From a virus (lineage: Duplodnaviria; Heunggongvirae; Uroviricota; Caudoviricetes): a DNA stretch of 43,697 nucleotides. The notes beneath the pieces are model-generated. The model did no database searches, was not told the origin of the DNA, and saw only the letters and a list, made by a program, of their open reading frames with translations. The stretch covers positions 1 through 43,697 of the IMG/VR virus record IMGVR_UViG_3300012943_000030. One strand, given 5' to 3'. This document shows positions 41,558-43,697 of the stretch, one piece after another. Position numbers and translations under genes: made by a program. Position 1 is the stretch's first letter; every line of letters starts with the position of its first letter.

Positions 41558-43261
41558 ATGGATCTACTGCCGAGCAACATTACCTTTGCCATCATAGTCT
41601 CAGATGAAGGCTGGCGCACCGACCTAACCATTCGCTTCTGTGAGTACTTCGGGCAGAAGCTCAACGGCGATAAGTTCAGCGACAAGATCATCATCGCCAA
41701 GAGCGTTGATGACGCCATGGAGCGGTGCGTAACGAGCTACCTGCTTGTTCTGTCTGGCGGTTTTATCCCATTCTCAATGTCGTTCTTCGAGGCGCTGGAT
41801 CAGAAGGCCGCCGAGAAGTCAAGCATCTTCTACAGCTTCTTCATGCTGGCTGAGGACTACGTGGTGCTTGACGCACGCTGCATTTTCTTCAACCTTCCAC
41901 TGTGGCGTGGGGCAGGCAAGCCGCTCTACGACAACTTCCGCTTGAAGCAGGGACCACCGTTCAAGGTCACAGTCCCAAACAAGGACCATGCGCCGCACGA
42001 AATCGAGCGCGTTGAAGGCGAGACCGTCTTCGTGCCTGGCATCTGCGGTCAGAATGGCGCGGCGCTCGTCATCAAGCAGCTTGAGACGTTTGACAAGCTC
42101 ACCTCAATGAGCTACGTTGTTCCAGCCGGCAGCTACCACTTCCTGTCAACTGCCACGGCCCTAGAGGAAATTCACACCGAGACTGAGTTTGAGAAGAAGC
42201 TTCTGCCACCAATCTTCTCAAAGGTGTACTCATACGATGATGACACCGCTGAGCATGGCGAGAACTCAATTGAGATTATCGTGGCACCGGCACAGGGCCT
42301 GAAGCCGCTTACCCTTGCTGAGCACTATGGTGCCAGCCGCATCATCATCTACGATAACAACCCGCTTTCACTAGAGCTGCAGCGCGCCATCTTCAGCGTC
42401 ACCGCTCCAATGACGTATGGTGAGATCATCAAGGCGTTCACCGACCGGTTTCCGGGCGCCATCCTTGCTGACAGCTGGGAGAAGGACCAGCACGCGCTCA
42501 TCTGCCCGCTCGTCGGCGTTGAGGTTGAGTTCAACCGCATTGACCTCTTCAGCTTCCAGGCCGAGGAGTTCTTCAAGTCGATCGACCACGCCCCGTCGAT
42601 GCTCGTGGACCTCTCTGACATCTACGTTTTCCCGTACAACTACTACCGTCGACCGCTGTACCAGGTGCAGGGCCTCTTCGCTGAGCTGTACTCAATCCTA
42701 AAGTCTAGAACCGGGCCAACGACGATCCTCGGGCTCGCGCCAGGTTTCCAGCGCATGGACACAATCGAGATCAACACCGCCACCATTCAGTTCCAGATGG
42801 ACCCAACCATCGACTTCACGCAGAAGGAACTTGAGGGTGAGGTGCCAGTTCCGTTGAGCCCAATCATGTACGTTCCGCCAACGCTGCCGCAGCATGCTGA
42901 AAAGTACGACTGGAAGCCACCGCTGAAGAATGCCGATATTGCTACACCTCCGCCGCGCAGCGCGGTATCAATCGCTGCTGAGCTTGGGTACAGCGTTGAG
43001 GCAAGAGGCATTGAGCTCAACGGAAAGCAGGTGAACGCCACCTGCCTCTCGCTGAAGCAGGAAACTGAAGGGTTTACGGCGCTGCTTGAGTACACCGTGG
43101 ACGAGGCTGGCTGGGCCTGGACCTTCAAGGTTGGGACCCCAGGTGATGCCAGAAGGATTGAGCTGAAGAACGGTGAGACGCAGGAGAGCTTCAAGAAGCA
43201 CCTGCTGACAGAGGTCAAGTTCAACCCTGCCACCATGATCAAGTACTTCAAGAAGAAATAA
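41558..43261 (+). CDS. Hypothetical protein (567 aa)
   Basis: ATAAATA at 41528, AAGG RBS; no motif I can name. Confidence 0.85.
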   Translation: MDLLPSNITFAIIVSDEGWRTDLTIRFCEYFGQKLNGDKFSDKIIIAKSVDDAMERCVTSYLLVLSGGFIPFSMSFFEALDQKAAEKSSIFYSFFMLAEDYVVLDARCIFFNLPLWRGAGKPLYDNFRLKQGPPFKVTVPNKDHAPHEIERVEGETVFVPGICGQNGAALVIKQLETFDKLTSMSYVVPAGSYHFLSTATALEEIHTETEFEKKLLPPIFSKVYSYDDDTAEHGENSIEIIVAPAQGLKPLTLAEHYGASRIIIYDNNPLSLELQRAIFSVTAPMTYGEIIKAFTDRFPGAILADSWEKDQHALICPLVGVEVEFNRIDLFSFQAEEFFKSIDHAPSMLVDLSDIYVFPYNYYRRPLYQVQGLFAELYSILKSRTGPTTILGLAPGFQRMDTIEINTATIQFQMDPTIDFTQKELEGEVPVPLSPIMYVPPTLPQHAEKYDWKPPLKNADIATPPPRSAVSIAAELGYSVEARGIELNGKQVNATCLSLKQETEGFTALLEYTVDEAGWAWTFKVGTPGDARRIELKNGETQESFKKHLLTEVKFNPATMIKYFKKK

Positions 43262-43269
43262 ATACAGAC

Positions 43270-43521
43270 ATGCTTAACTCATACGCCTACAACCTGAGCT
43301 GGACAGCCGACATCAAGGACGCCTACTACCGGCGCGATGCTGCCTTCTTCAAGCGTGAGGCGACAACCCTGATGACGCTCATCAGCGTGCGCGAGAAAAG
43401 CTCAGAGCCAGTAAAGTTTGACGCGCAGCTGTCGCGCCTGCTCATCTGTCTGGCGCTTCATGACCAGTTCGCCAACGGTGGCGATACCATCGGCCTTCTA
43501 CTCGACGTGGTGAACTTCTAA
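43270..43521 (+). CDS. Hypothetical late protein
   Basis: ATG 5 nt after ATAAATA (43258-43264), likely leaderless. Confidence 0.7.
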   Translation: MLNSYAYNLSWTADIKDAYYRRDAAFFKREATTLMTLISVREKSSEPVKFDAQLSRLLICLALHDQFANGGDTIGLLLDVVNF

Positions 43522-43697
43522 TGGCAAAGACACTTCTAAAGTCAATCAACACCCTGCTTGAAAAGCAGGAGGACGAAGAGATCGTTGACACCTCCGACGA
43601 CGACACCTCTGACGTCGATGCAGACGCCGACGCAGACGCCGACGCAGACGCAGAAGACGGCGACGATGAGGACGTCGGCGAGGTAGCTCAGCGCGAA
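43521..43697 (+). CDS. Acidic low-complexity protein, truncated by the window end
   Basis: TAATG coupling; MAKTLLKSINTLLEKQEDEE...DADADADADA. Confidence 0.75.
   Translation, partial: MAKTLLKSINTLLEKQEDEEIVDTSDDDTSDVDADADADADADAEDGDDEDVGEVAQRE

Noticed and set aside
43618-43656. GACGCA/GACGCC tandem repeats as a CRISPR or satellite
   Set aside because: They simply encode an Asp-Ala low-complexity run; no repeat-spacer array was seen anywhere in the window.
43683-43697. tRNA-like start GTAGCTCAG at the window end
   Set aside because: It lies in frame within the acidic CDS, has no preceding acceptor strand, and is truncated.

Overview
This window looks like part of a large (jumbo, T4-like) phage genome of about 55% GC, with essentially all credible genes on the + strand. 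The first 10 kb holds an RNA-gene array: 18 tRNA or tRNA-like genes, a compact RNase P RNA, a roughly 570-nt ornate ncRNA candidate and several tRNA-mimic RNAs, interleaved with hypothetical ORFs. After it come a tailoring-enzyme cluster (two Asp/Asn-hydroxylase-like dioxygenases, a fatty-acid desaturase, GNAT-like, GalE-like, QueC-like), a GGDEF protein, a vWA protein, a mini type IV pilin, a phosphatase and a PAAR-like protein. Further on are an Ica/Pga-like polysaccharide module (GT2, deacetylase, acyltransferase, secreted protein, L,D-transpeptidase-like, GH16), a putative endonuclease plus Dam-family methylase pair, and ATP-grasp, HAD and MazG genes. Standout 1: two amber-suppressor tRNAs (anticodon CUA) lie about 2 kb upstream of two consecutive genes, a Pth2-like gene missed by the ORF track and an HD-domain gene. 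Each has an in-frame TAG at codon 4 or 3 right after a good RBS and ATG, while TAG is a normal stop elsewhere, so this reads as an amber-gated operon. Standout 2: a family of circularly permuted tRNA-like RNAs shares a CAAC-CG-N7-8-YGGTTATC / TTT-GTTG module, and the same module is inserted unpermuted in the anticodon loop of a CCA-ending tRNA. All calls were made by eye from sequence motifs; no searches or folding programs were run.
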